DNA of 64,000 bases. Origin: a virus. Each line of letters starts with the position of its first letter. Positions within the stretch are counted from its first letter, which is position 1. The notes beneath the pieces are model-generated. The model made no database searches, was not told the DNA's origin, and worked only from the letters and a program-made list of their open reading frames with translations. The DNA is taken from positions 17,389 through 81,388 of the IMG/VR virus record IMGVR_UViG_3300047300_001121. One strand, given 5' to 3'. The translations under genes were made by a program, and so were the position numbers. Positions 26,107 through 35,039 of the stretch are shown here, piece after piece.

Positions 26107-26745
26107 ATGATCGAGCAAGGCTCCCCTGAGTGGTTCGAGCTACGCCGCGGCCGGGCAACTGGCAGTCACTTCGCTGACGTCATGGCGCAAGGCAAAGGCG
26201 GCGCCGAGTCCACCATGCGTCGCAACTATCGCATGCGCCTGGCGCTCGAGATCGTCACCGGCAAGGTGATCTCGGACGGCTTCATGGGCAACAAGCACAC
26301 CGAGCGCGGCAAGGAGCTCGAGCCCTTTGCGCGCATGGCGTACGAGTCGATCACCGGCAGCATTGTCGAGGAAATCGACTTCATCAAGCACAAGTTCCTG
26401 GCCGCTGGCGTTTCGCCTGATGGTCTGGTGAACGACGATGGCATGGTTGAGTTCAAGTGCCCAATCCCAGCGATTCACTGGGATTACTTGAACCTGCCAG
26501 CTGGCACGCCGCCGGCCGAATACAAGTGGCAAGTCTACGGTGAGATGTGGGTCTCCGGCCGACGCTGGAATGACTTCGTGTCTCACTGTGAAGATATGCC
26601 CGAATCCCTGCGGACGCACATCAACCGCATCCACTGGGACGACAAGATCATTGCCGAGCTCGACGCCGGCGTGAGCAAGTTCTTGGCCGAGGTGAACGTC
26701 ACGGTCAAGGAAATTCAGGAACTCGCAAGAAAGAAAGCAGCATGA
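26107..26745 (+). CDS. YqaJ/lambda-exonuclease family
   Basis: EQGSPEWFELR...G.ELEP.AR...SPDGL...EFKCP. Confidence 0.9.
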   Translation: MIEQGSPEWFELRRGRATGSHFADVMAQGKGGAESTMRRNYRMRLALEIVTGKVISDGFMGNKHTERGKELEPFARMAYESITGSIVEEIDFIKHKFLAAGVSPDGLVNDDGMVEFKCPIPAIHWDYLNLPAGTPPAEYKWQVYGEMWVSGRRWNDFVSHCEDMPESLRTHINRIHWDDKIIAELDAGVSKFLAEVNVTVKEIQELARKKAA

Positions 26746-27047
26746 AAGACAGCATCAAAACGATCTTCACGGTGGCGCTCGCCAGCATTGGAATTGCAGC
26801 GGTATTGGCCGGGCTAACGGTTGAGCAGGGATGGGTGGTCAGCATCCTTTGGGGCTGGTTCATGGTCCCGATTGGCGTGCCAGCCATCAGCACCCCCATC
26901 GCAATTGGCATTGTGCTGACGCTGTCGGCGATGCGCATGAAGCGAGTGAAGAGCCCGGATGAAGAGCCCTGGGAAACGCTGGCATTCGCAGCCATTGCGC
27001 CGTTGGTCGCCCTGACCCTGGGGTGGATCGTCAAACAGTTCGTGTGA
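26742..27047 (+). CDS. Membrane protein
   Basis: LWGWFMVP; three hydrophobic segments. Confidence 0.65.
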   Translation: MKDSIKTIFTVALASIGIAAVLAGLTVEQGWVVSILWGWFMVPIGVPAISTPIAIGIVLTLSAMRMKRVKSPDEEPWETLAFAAIAPLVALTLGWIVKQFV

Positions 27048-27223
27048 CGGACGACTTCGCAGACAGGATTCTGGAGCACTTGGTCACCATGGCCAAGACT
27101 CCAGGATGGAAGCAATACGCGTGGCATGCCGCCAAGAAATACGAAGGAATCGACCCGCATCACCTTAAAGGGATGCAGGACAAGTTGAAAGAACGGATGT
27201 TGAAAGAGAAGGATCAGCAATGA
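27044..27223 (+). CDS. Hypothetical protein
   Basis: PGWKQYAW; overlap coupling. Confidence 0.55.
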   Translation: MTDDFADRILEHLVTMAKTPGWKQYAWHAAKKYEGIDPHHLKGMQDKLKERMLKEKDQQ

Positions 27224-28179
27224 AACTCGCAGTGATCGGTGGTGTGCATACCACCAAACCCATTCCCGGAGCAGACCGCATCCACCAGGCCGTCGTCGAC
27301 TGTGGCGATGCCGGCGTCTGGACCGGAGTTGTGACCAAAGATATCGACACTGGCCACAAGGTCGTCGTGTTCTTGCAGGACGCGCTGCTTCAGCCCGGTC
27401 CTCGCTGGGACTTCATGGAGAAGAGCAAGTGGCGCGTTCGCATGGCTCGCTTCAAGGGTGTGCCAAGCGAGTGCTTGATTGTCCCGGCGGTTGGCCACGA
27501 AGACCTGCTGCCCATTGGCGCAGATCTGACTGAGCTGCTTGGCGTGACCAAGTACGAGAAGCCGATCCCCGTGCAGATGGCTGGCGAGGTGCGCGGCAAC
27601 TTCCCGAGCTTTATCCCGAAGACGGACGAAGAGAACTTCCAGCGCCTGCGCGACCTGCAAGAGCTGATGCATGGCAGCGACTGGGTGGCCACCGTCAAGT
27701 ACGACGGCACCAGCTGCACGGTGTGGAATGACGAAGATGGCATGCACGTCTGCAGCCGCAACCTCGAGCTCAAGGAGTTTTCCGAGTCCGGCAAGGGCAA
27801 CGTGTACTGGCAGGTCGCTCGCAAGTTTGAGCTGGACCGCCTGCCGCACGGCATTGCCATTCAGTTCGAGATCGTCGGCCCTGGAATCCAGGGGAACCCA
27901 TGCGGCTACGACGATCTGCAGATGGCGCTGTTCACGGCGTACGACATCAGCCGTATGGAGCGCATGCACTTCGGATCATTGACGCACCTCAGTCAGGGCT
28001 TCGATCTACCGATGGCGGAGATCGTCGCTTCTGGCTTCGGCCACATCGACGAGGAGACCCTTCGCACAATGGCCGATAGTGCCGTGTACCAAAACGGAGC
28101 GCAGGCCGAGGGCGTGGTGGTTCGCGACATCAGATCGCTGTGGTCGTTCAAGGCGATCTCGCTCAACTACAAGGACTGA
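27220..28179 (+). CDS. ATP-dependent RNA ligase (Rnl2/DRB0094 family)
   Basis: PIPGADRI N-domain; KTDEE; motif I KYDGTS; EIVGPGIQGN; EGVV; SFKAIS. Confidence 0.85.
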   Translation: MKLAVIGGVHTTKPIPGADRIHQAVVDCGDAGVWTGVVTKDIDTGHKVVVFLQDALLQPGPRWDFMEKSKWRVRMARFKGVPSECLIVPAVGHEDLLPIGADLTELLGVTKYEKPIPVQMAGEVRGNFPSFIPKTDEENFQRLRDLQELMHGSDWVATVKYDGTSCTVWNDEDGMHVCSRNLELKEFSESGKGNVYWQVARKFELDRLPHGIAIQFEIVGPGIQGNPCGYDDLQMALFTAYDISRMERMHFGSLTHLSQGFDLPMAEIVASGFGHIDEETLRTMADSAVYQNGAQAEGVVVRDIRSLWSFKAISLNYKD

Positions 28180-28183
28180 TGCC

Positions 28184-28459
28184 ATGGACCGCTTCAACGG
28201 ATCTGACTACCAGCCCATGCGCGATGACGTCCGCTTGACGGGTCAGTTGCTGCGCGTGTGGAACGCTGTGTGCGACGGGCAATGGATGTCGCTTGACGAG
28301 ATCTCGAAGAAGACGGGGGATCCCGCAGCCAGCGTGAGTGCTCAGCTGCGCCATCTGCGCAAGCCGCGCTTCGGCGCCCACACGGTTGAGAAGAACTACC
28401 TGGGCAACGGGCTCTACAAGTATCGGGTGATCCCGAACAAGGTCGAGCTGGTGCGATGA
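28184..28459 (+). CDS. Winged-HTH protein
   Basis: SVSAQLRHLRKPRFG. Confidence 0.7.
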   Translation: MDRFNGSDYQPMRDDVRLTGQLLRVWNAVCDGQWMSLDEISKKTGDPAASVSAQLRHLRKPRFGAHTVEKNYLGNGLYKYRVIPNKVELVR

Positions 28460-28556
28460 GTTGCTTGAATCGGACGGCGCCTCTGCAAGGGGGCGAAGGC
28501 CCGGGATCCGGGCGGCACCGTCGGCGTATGTCGTAAGCGCCATCTACAATCGAAGC

Positions 28557-29234
28557 ATGTTCTACACGTACATTCACAAGACACAAGACCAGGGCCGCAC
28601 GTTCTACGTCGGCAAGGGCAAGGGCGAGCGCGCCACATGGGCACACACTCGCGGCGCCCACTGGAACAGCGTTGTGAAAAAGCACGGCGGATTTGTGGCT
28701 GAGATCGTCGACAGGTTCGACACAGAGGAAGAGGCCTTTGCCCACGAGCGATTCCTGATCACGAGCCTCCGCCTTTTCGGCGTTCGCCTGGTAAACAAGA
28801 CCGATGGCGGCGACGGAATGGCTGGCTTCAAACACTCGAAGGAGACGCGTCGCCGGCTGAGCGAGATCCAGAAGGGCAAGGTGATTCCAGAGGAAACGCG
28901 GCGGCGCATGAGTGTTGCGCGCTCTGGAGTACCCCGGCCTGACTTGCGCGTGAAGCGCGGTCCGTACCCAGAAGAGCGGCGGCAAAAGCTGCGCAAGCCA
29001 AAGTCCGAGCAAGGGCGTGCAAACATGAAGGCCGCTCGGGCCAATGTGCGCAAACCGGTATTCTGCAAAAGCACTGGGATGGAGTTCCAGAGCATTGCTG
29101 ACGCAGCAGGCTGGCTGCGTAACAACGGATTCCCGAAGGCGTCAAAGTCCGCGATCACGGAGGTGTGCCAGGGAAAGAGGCCGCATGCGTATGGCATGCA
29201 ATGGATTTACACCAAAGAAAGGAACCACCAATGA
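28557..29234 (+). CDS. GIY-YIG homing endonuclease with NUMOD3 repeats
   Basis: FYTYIH...FYVGKG...LVNKTDGGDG...KHSKETRRRLS. Confidence 0.85.
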   Translation: MFYTYIHKTQDQGRTFYVGKGKGERATWAHTRGAHWNSVVKKHGGFVAEIVDRFDTEEEAFAHERFLITSLRLFGVRLVNKTDGGDGMAGFKHSKETRRRLSEIQKGKVIPEETRRRMSVARSGVPRPDLRVKRGPYPEERRQKLRKPKSEQGRANMKAARANVRKPVFCKSTGMEFQSIADAAGWLRNNGFPKASKSAITEVCQGKRPHAYGMQWIYTKERNHQ

Positions 29235-29452
29235 ATGCACGTATGGCCAAGAGGCTCAGGAAGCTGGCCAAGCTTGAGATGTCGGCCAACGCGGAGACCA
29301 CCGAGCGCGAGCTCGTGCTGGCGCGCGTCAGAGGGCATGACCGTGTCGTGAATGAGCCGCTGTCGGTGCGCGCCTTCTACCTGCAACTGAAGGACGCGTA
29401 CAGCGACTTCTCGCGCGGTGTCAGAAAAACGCAACAGAATCCAGCCGAGTAA
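29231..29452 (+). CDS. Hypothetical protein
   Basis: AAGGA RBS; MNARMAKRLRK. Confidence 0.65.
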   Translation: MNARMAKRLRKLAKLEMSANAETTERELVLARVRGHDRVVNEPLSVRAFYLQLKDAYSDFSRGVRKTQQNPAE

Positions 29453-29497
29453 AGATTTTTCCTCCGCCGCCAACAAAATGTTGCAATAATCAACATC

Positions 29498-29704
29498 ATG
29501 GACACGAAGCAGCAAATCGAACACTACCGCTCGCGCATCAAGGAGATGCTGCGACGCGTTCCACCGAGTGTGAATGGCGGGTCGTATGACCACGCCGTTG
29601 CATACAAAAAGGTTGCAGCCAAAGCCGGGAAGGCCGCCGATGCAAGCAACCCGAAGCTGGCGCTTCTCATCGAGATGCACAACCAGTTGTCACAGTACTA
29701 CTGA
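29498..29704 (+). CDS. Hypothetical protein (possibly leaderless)
   Basis: AATAAT 7 nt upstream; operator at 29471. Confidence 0.6.
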   Translation: MDTKQQIEHYRSRIKEMLRRVPPSVNGGSYDHAVAYKKVAAKAGKAADASNPKLALLIEMHNQLSQYY

Positions 29705-29721
29705 AGAAAGACCCATACGAA

Positions 29722-30234
29722 ATGTCATCCGTCAACAAAGCAATCATTCTCGGCCGTGCTGGCCGTGACACCGAAGTCCGCTACCTGCAAAGCGGCGCGG
29801 CCGTCGCCAACGTGAGCCTGGCGACGTCGACCAAACGCAAAGACAAGAACACCGGCGAAGTCATCGAGGACACTCAATGGCACCGCATCACCTTTTACGA
29901 GCGTCTCGCCGAGATCGCCGGCGAGTACATCCGCAAGGGCAGCCTGGTCTACGTCGAGGGCACCATCAAGTACGGCAAGTACACCGACAAAGACGGCGTC
30001 GAGCGCCCGACCACCGACATCATCGCGAACAGCTTGCAGCTTCTGACCAGGCCTGACCAACAGCAAGGCGGCGGCCAAGACAATGCGCCGCGTCAGCAGT
30101 CCGGCAACCAGCGCCAGCAAGCCCCGCAGCAGCGCAGCCAGGGCAATGCGCCTCGCCAGCAGCAAGGCGGACAGCAGCGCGGAAACGGCAGCGGATCCGG
30201 CTTCGAGGACATGGACGACGACATCCCGTTCTGA
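29722..30234 (+). CDS. ssb: Single-stranded DNA-binding protein
   Basis: VNKAIILG...KGSLVYVEG...DDDIPF. Confidence 0.95.
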   Translation: MSSVNKAIILGRAGRDTEVRYLQSGAAVANVSLATSTKRKDKNTGEVIEDTQWHRITFYERLAEIAGEYIRKGSLVYVEGTIKYGKYTDKDGVERPTTDIIANSLQLLTRPDQQQGGGQDNAPRQQSGNQRQQAPQQRSQGNAPRQQQGGQQRGNGSGSGFEDMDDDIPF

Positions 30235-30324
30235 CGATTTTCGGGGGAACGCCAGTACCGAAGTGTCGACCAGTAGAGAAGACAAGTACCCCACCCATTA
30301 CCCAACCAACCGAAAGGAAACCCT

Positions 30325-30684
30325 GTGAGCGCAGCAATCATCCCAACCCCCGGACGCATCGTTTGGTATCGACCGGCTCCCAACGACAATATCCCGGCGC
30401 TTGCTGACCAGCCTTTGGCCGCAATCGTTGCTGCCGTGCATTCGGACACGCGAATCAATGTGAGCGTGATCGATGCATACGGCCACCATCACAGCCGTCA
30501 GAACGTGTTCCTGGCGCACCCCGACAACGAGCTACCATCCACCGGCGCCTTTGCCGAGTGGATGCCCTATCAAAAGGGCCAGGCCGCCAAGACTGAGGCC
30601 GCCGAGGCTGCGCTGACCGCGCAAGCCGAATCGACCTCGGTGGGCGACTCCACCGAGAACACTCAGGAGCCTGCAGCCCAGTAA
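30325..30684 (+). CDS. Conserved phage protein
   Basis: PTPGRIVWY...AEWMPYQKGQAAK. Confidence 0.75.
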   Translation: MSAAIIPTPGRIVWYRPAPNDNIPALADQPLAAIVAAVHSDTRINVSVIDAYGHHHSRQNVFLAHPDNELPSTGAFAEWMPYQKGQAAKTEAAEAALTAQAESTSVGDSTENTQEPAAQ

Positions 30685-30777
30685 GCAATACGGCCGAAAG
30701 CGGATGCTGGTGTCCCGGATGCGGGATCAGCGGACACGCCACCAGACGCAGCGAGTAGGCCAAACGAAAGAAACACC

Positions 30778-30987
30778 ATGAGCAACACCAAACCCGCCAC
30801 CCAGCGCAAGACACGCAAACTCGTGACGCTGAACCCCACCAAGAAGACGTCGTTTGCAATCGGCGTGTCTGCCGACAACTATCACTTCGTGACCAAGCTG
30901 GCCGAGGCGAACAACAGCAATCGCCAAGCGATGTTGGACAAGATCGTGGACCACTACGCGGCAAGCGTTCTGCGCAACGTCGCCTGA
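30778..30987 (+). CDS. Small DNA-binding-like protein
   Basis: RHH-like pattern. Confidence 0.5.
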   Translation: MSNTKPATQRKTRKLVTLNPTKKTSFAIGVSADNYHFVTKLAEANNSNRQAMLDKIVDHYAASVLRNVA

Positions 30988-30994
30988 GTCAAGC

Positions 30995-31897
30995 ATGAAA
31001 CTCATCAAGAACGCATTGGTGTACAAGGCCGAGCTCCCCGGAGCGTCGGCCCTGGAGAAGCACCTTGAGGAGCAGCTCTTCACCGAGCCTCTCGAGCTGT
31101 CCGCCGGCTCGGTCGGATTTGTCAGCCGTAGCGGCGAGGGCTTGGTCGACGTCTTTCATGGCGGCCTGGCATTCACCGTGCGCATCGACGAGAAGATCAT
31201 CCCGGCCGGAGCTGTGAAGACCGAGCTGGAGAAGCGCGTCAAGGCTTTGTGCGAAGAGACTGGCCGCGTCCGCATCGGCAAAAAGGAGCGCGCCGAGATC
31301 AAGGACATGATCATTCTGAGCTTCCGCGCCAAAGCACTGGTCAAGAGCACTCAAGTGACGTGCTTCTACGACACCGACAAGCAGTACCTCATTGTTCCGG
31401 TCACGAGCCGTACCACGGCGTCATTGATCGTCAACCTGCTCATCAGCGCCGTCGGCAGCGTGACGACGCAGACCATCCACGTCTCAGATGTCAAGCATGG
31501 GTTGACAACTCGCATGGATGCCTGGCTCAAAGACGACCCGCATGCTTTTGGCAACTTCTATCCGACCGCCGACGTGGCCCTGACTCACGGCAGCGAGAAG
31601 CTGACGGTGCAGATGGAGAGTCTGTCCAACGCCAAGGCCGCGCTGGAGAAGGCGTTCGCAACCGGCTTCACCATCAAGTCGATGCGCCTGAGCTCAAGCG
31701 AAGACGTGAGCTTCCGCCTGACCTCTGATTTCGCCTTCAAGTCGATCAAGTTTCCGGTCGTGCCTGTCGAGGAAAACATCGAAGACGCGTGGCTGCACGA
31801 GGCCTCGGTCCAGGTGCTCAACATGTCGGCCATCATCAGCGAGCTGTGCGACATGATGGGCTACCAAGAGCCCGAGCAAGAAAAGGAAGCTGCATGA
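30995..31897 (+). CDS. rdgC: Recombination-associated protein RdgC-like
   Basis: KNALVY...SVGFV...EKIIPAGAV. Confidence 0.75.
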   Translation: MKLIKNALVYKAELPGASALEKHLEEQLFTEPLELSAGSVGFVSRSGEGLVDVFHGGLAFTVRIDEKIIPAGAVKTELEKRVKALCEETGRVRIGKKERAEIKDMIILSFRAKALVKSTQVTCFYDTDKQYLIVPVTSRTTASLIVNLLISAVGSVTTQTIHVSDVKHGLTTRMDAWLKDDPHAFGNFYPTADVALTHGSEKLTVQMESLSNAKAALEKAFATGFTIKSMRLSSSEDVSFRLTSDFAFKSIKFPVVPVEENIEDAWLHEASVQVLNMSAIISELCDMMGYQEPEQEKEAA

Positions 31898-32457
31898 CCA
31901 AGCCTCTGCTGATCGGCCTGACGGGCTATGCCGGCAGTGGCAAGGACACCGTGCGGGAGGTCCTCGAGACCAAGCACGGCATCGACGGCCTGGCGTTCGC
32001 GGACCCCATCCGCGACATGCTCACGGCGTTGTTCGATACGTGCGGCGTTGATCCGAAGTGGATGACCGAGCGCGACCTCAAGGAGCGCGACATCCCGCAG
32101 ATCGGCGCCAGCTACCGCAAGCTCGCTCAGCTTCTGGGCACCGAGTGGGGTCGCGCCATACACCCCGACTTCTGGCTCAAGATCGCGGCGGCGAAGATCG
32201 CCATGTACAACGATTACGACAGCCCTGGGGCGGTGATCAGCGACGTGCGCTTTCCGAATGAGGCCGCCTGGATCAAAGAGCAGGGTGGTGTGATCTGGAA
32301 AATCATTCGCCCGGGTGTTGAGCCGGTGCGTGCGCATGCCAGCGAGGACATGATCGCGAGCCTGCCGTATGACTACATCATCGACAACCGCGGCACGATT
32401 CAGGATTTGCCGCACGCCGTTGCCATGGCGCTCAGCTACAGCGTGGAGCACGCATGA
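31894..32457 (+). CDS. Deoxynucleoside monophosphate kinase
   Basis: GLTGYAGSGKDT, FADPIR, QLLGTEWGR, DVRFPNE. Confidence 0.9.
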   Translation: MTKPLLIGLTGYAGSGKDTVREVLETKHGIDGLAFADPIRDMLTALFDTCGVDPKWMTERDLKERDIPQIGASYRKLAQLLGTEWGRAIHPDFWLKIAAAKIAMYNDYDSPGAVISDVRFPNEAAWIKEQGGVIWKIIRPGVEPVRAHASEDMIASLPYDYIIDNRGTIQDLPHAVAMALSYSVEHA

Positions 32458-32783
32458 ACACACTCACGCTCCTGGGCTTGGCTTCGTTCGTCTTCGTTGT
32501 GGTGTTCACGGCTCGCGCCTACCGCAACGACACGGGCGTGGGCCAGACGCCCAGGGGCGCGATTGTGGAGGCCTGGACGAACATCGTGATCGGCTTCAGT
32601 GTGAATCTGGTTGCCAACGTATTCCTGATCCCGCTGATGACCGACGGCGCCCACGTCACGCTTGAGAGCAATTGGTGGGGTGGCTGGGTGTACACGGCCA
32701 TCTCGATCATCCGTCAATACGCCATACGCAGATGGAATAATCGGCTACAATATGTTGGCCTAACAACAAAAACTTCACCATGA
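32454..32783 (+). CDS. Membrane protein
   Basis: EAWTNIVIGF...SIIRQYAIRRW. Confidence 0.7.
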   Translation: MNTLTLLGLASFVFVVVFTARAYRNDTGVGQTPRGAIVEAWTNIVIGFSVNLVANVFLIPLMTDGAHVTLESNWWGGWVYTAISIIRQYAIRRWNNRLQYVGLTTKTSP

Positions 32784-33247
32784 CACCATTCACCGAAAAA
32801 TCCAATTTCCAACGCACCGCGGACTGGCTTGCGGCGTGCGGCAAGGAGCCTGGCAACGAGCATCACCTTGCGACCCAGGTCGGCTGCCACCTCGAAGAGC
32901 TCTGCGAGTTCCTGGATGAGCTGATCATCACCGGCTCATCCGCCGACAACGACTCGCTGATGCTTGCGTCCACGCGGCTGAAGGGCCTGGCGCATCGCCT
33001 GAAGCAGGGCAGCACCGGCATTCGCATCAAGGACCGCGTCAACGCGCTGGACGCCTTGTGTGATAGCGAGGTGACCGGCAACGGCGTGGCATTCCTGGCT
33101 CGCATGAACAAACTCGAGGGTGACCGCCGAGTGTTGTTCAGCAACGAGTCGAAGCTCAACGCCGACGGCACGGCCGTGATTCTGCCTGGCGGCAAGATCG
33201 GCAAGTCGGATCGATACGTCAAGCCGCACCTGGCGGATCTCGTATGA
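32780..33247 (+). CDS. MazG-like all-alpha NTP pyrophosphatase
   Basis: HLEELCE...LDALCD...SNESK. Confidence 0.75.
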   Translation: MTPFTEKSNFQRTADWLAACGKEPGNEHHLATQVGCHLEELCEFLDELIITGSSADNDSLMLASTRLKGLAHRLKQGSTGIRIKDRVNALDALCDSEVTGNGVAFLARMNKLEGDRRVLFSNESKLNADGTAVILPGGKIGKSDRYVKPHLADLV

Positions 33248-33408
33248 GCGATACACCTGTTTTGCTGCCTGGCAGCACGAAAAACTCGAGACCTCTGAAG
33301 GAGTGCTCTCGCTGCGGTCAGAAGAAGGAGCCTGCAGGCGGAGTGGAGCTGAGCCCTGGGAAGTGGCGCTGCTCCGCGTGCTGGCGCGGTTTTCTATTCA
33401 GGAAGTGA
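33244..33408 (+). CDS. Small zinc-finger protein (absent from ORF track)
   Basis: CSRC...WRCSACW. Confidence 0.55.
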   Translation: MSDTPVLLPGSTKNSRPLKECSRCGQKKEPAGGVELSPGKWRCSACWRGFLFRK

Positions 33409-33412
33409 AGCC

Positions 33413-33649
33413 ATGACAACGAAACAACCAAAGCCTCCGGCGCTCAAGCCGGTCAAGTCCAGCAACGTCGAGGGCTACCACTACGACGACGCATCGCAGA
33501 TGCTGCACGTCAAGTTCAAGAGCGGCAAGACGTACCAGTACGCCGGCGTACCGAAGGCAACGATGGATGCCCTGCTGAAGGCGGACTCGTTCGGTTCGCA
33601 CATGTCCAAGCACATCATTCCAAAATTCAAGGTTGCGGGGTCGTACTGA
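33413..33649 (+). CDS. KTSC domain protein
   Basis: VKSSNV..YD..L.VKF..G..Y.Y.GVP...A.SFG. Confidence 0.85.
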   Translation: MTTKQPKPPALKPVKSSNVEGYHYDDASQMLHVKFKSGKTYQYAGVPKATMDALLKADSFGSHMSKHIIPKFKVAGSY

Positions 33650-33879
33650 TGTTGTCGTTGCTGTTAACCATCTACGTCGTTTCGACGATCTGCATGCTGG
33701 CGTCTCTTGTCGGCGTATTTCGTCGCGAGAACTACCTCACGCTGAGAGATGCCGCTGGCGTGGCGTTCTTTGTGATCATCCCGGTAGCCAACACGATCAT
33801 GACCTGCATCGTGGCGTGGCACCTGATACAAGACTGGCTCGATTGGGCTGACGGCATTGTTGTTTGGAGACGGAAATGA
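33649..33879 (+). CDS. Membrane protein
   Basis: Two TM helices. Confidence 0.55.
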   Translation: MLSLLLTIYVVSTICMLASLVGVFRRENYLTLRDAAGVAFFVIIPVANTIMTCIVAWHLIQDWLDWADGIVVWRRK

Positions 33880-34241
33880 ATGAAAACATCGTCAAAGAAC
33901 AACTGAACAACCTCTCTGAAAACGTCGAAGAAATCATGTCGTCGACGCGCGGCGTGAAGGGCCCTGAATTCGCTCTCCTGGTCAGCTTGACGTTCGAGTC
34001 CATGCAGCTCATGGAGCTGGTTGGCAAGATCACGTCATGCGCAGAGGAGGAGTACCGGGGTTACGCCGAGGCCCTGCTTGGTTCGACCGTCAACATCATG
34101 AGCAGCATGATGGTCAAGCTCTTTGAGGGCTACACAGACGAACAGATCAAAGAGGCTGGCGACATCGCGAAGATGCTCATTGCACGACGAGCGGATGCTG
34201 TGGCCGCGATCAAGAAGGGGATGGAAAATGAACGTGATTGA
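33876..34241 (+). CDS. Hypothetical protein
   Basis: Overlap coupling. Confidence 0.65.
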   Translation: MNENIVKEQLNNLSENVEEIMSSTRGVKGPEFALLVSLTFESMQLMELVGKITSCAEEEYRGYAEALLGSTVNIMSSMMVKLFEGYTDEQIKEAGDIAKMLIARRADAVAAIKKGMENERD

Positions 34242-34779
34242 AAAGCTGATCATCGATCATGGCGGCACGGTCGAGGAGGTCGGCAACCTCCCTGATGGCT
34301 CCGCATTCCTGGTCGCGTCATACCCGTTGCCACAAGATCACTGGCAGACGGCGCAGCACTTCAACATCCCGCCGATGCCTCTGCAGATGGGTGCATGGGA
34401 TGTTCGCCGTCAGCGCCTGGCCATGGCTGTGGAGGCTGCCGGCAAGTACGCCGTGCGCACGGCAACTGACAACGGTCGCGTCGCCGACTTCGACCCGGAC
34501 GCGCTGCTGCAGAATCTGCAGGTCGCATTCTTCGGTTATCACACCGAAGACGGACTGAGCATTGATGAGTGGTCCAACCCGGAGCACCCAGGCGAGTTCA
34601 TCGACATGCTGGGCGAGCAGGATCCAAATGCTGCCTGGATGAGCCTGGCGCACGTCATTTGCTACGAGGCCGGTATCCCGTCTGGACCGATCGGTGAGCG
34701 CCTGGCCATCCTGCGCGACATGCTGCAGATGCTGCGCCATGGGCCCGATGATGCGGCACTGAAGGGTGATCTCGAGTGA
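34228..34779 (+). CDS. Hypothetical protein
   Basis: SYPLPQDHW...DFDPDAL. Confidence 0.7.
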   Translation: MNVIEKLIIDHGGTVEEVGNLPDGSAFLVASYPLPQDHWQTAQHFNIPPMPLQMGAWDVRRQRLAMAVEAAGKYAVRTATDNGRVADFDPDALLQNLQVAFFGYHTEDGLSIDEWSNPEHPGEFIDMLGEQDPNAAWMSLAHVICYEAGIPSGPIGERLAILRDMLQMLRHGPDDAALKGDLE

Positions 34780-35039
34780 TCTACAACGTCGCTCAGGTAG
34801 CCGAGCTCCTCGGCTGCACCGAAGAAATCGTGGCCGAGCGCATCAACAACGGCGACCTGCCGGGCGTGAAGTTCGGCCGCAGCTGGGTCATCCCGGCTGA
34901 TGCGCTGCGTGAGCGCCTGAATCAGAAAGCGCTGGAGGAGGCGCGTGATCGGCGTGAGCCCAAGCGCATTTTGCGCAAGCGAAAGAAGCCGCCAGAACTG
35001 CCGCCTGGTCCGGGCTTCACCGGCATGGCTGGCTTTTAA
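34776..35039 (+). CDS. xis: Excisionase (HTH_17 type)
   Basis: VAELLG...GDLPGVKFGRSWVIP; converges on int. Confidence 0.8.
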   Translation: MIYNVAQVAELLGCTEEIVAERINNGDLPGVKFGRSWVIPADALRERLNQKALEEARDRREPKRILRKRKKPPELPPGPGFTGMAGF

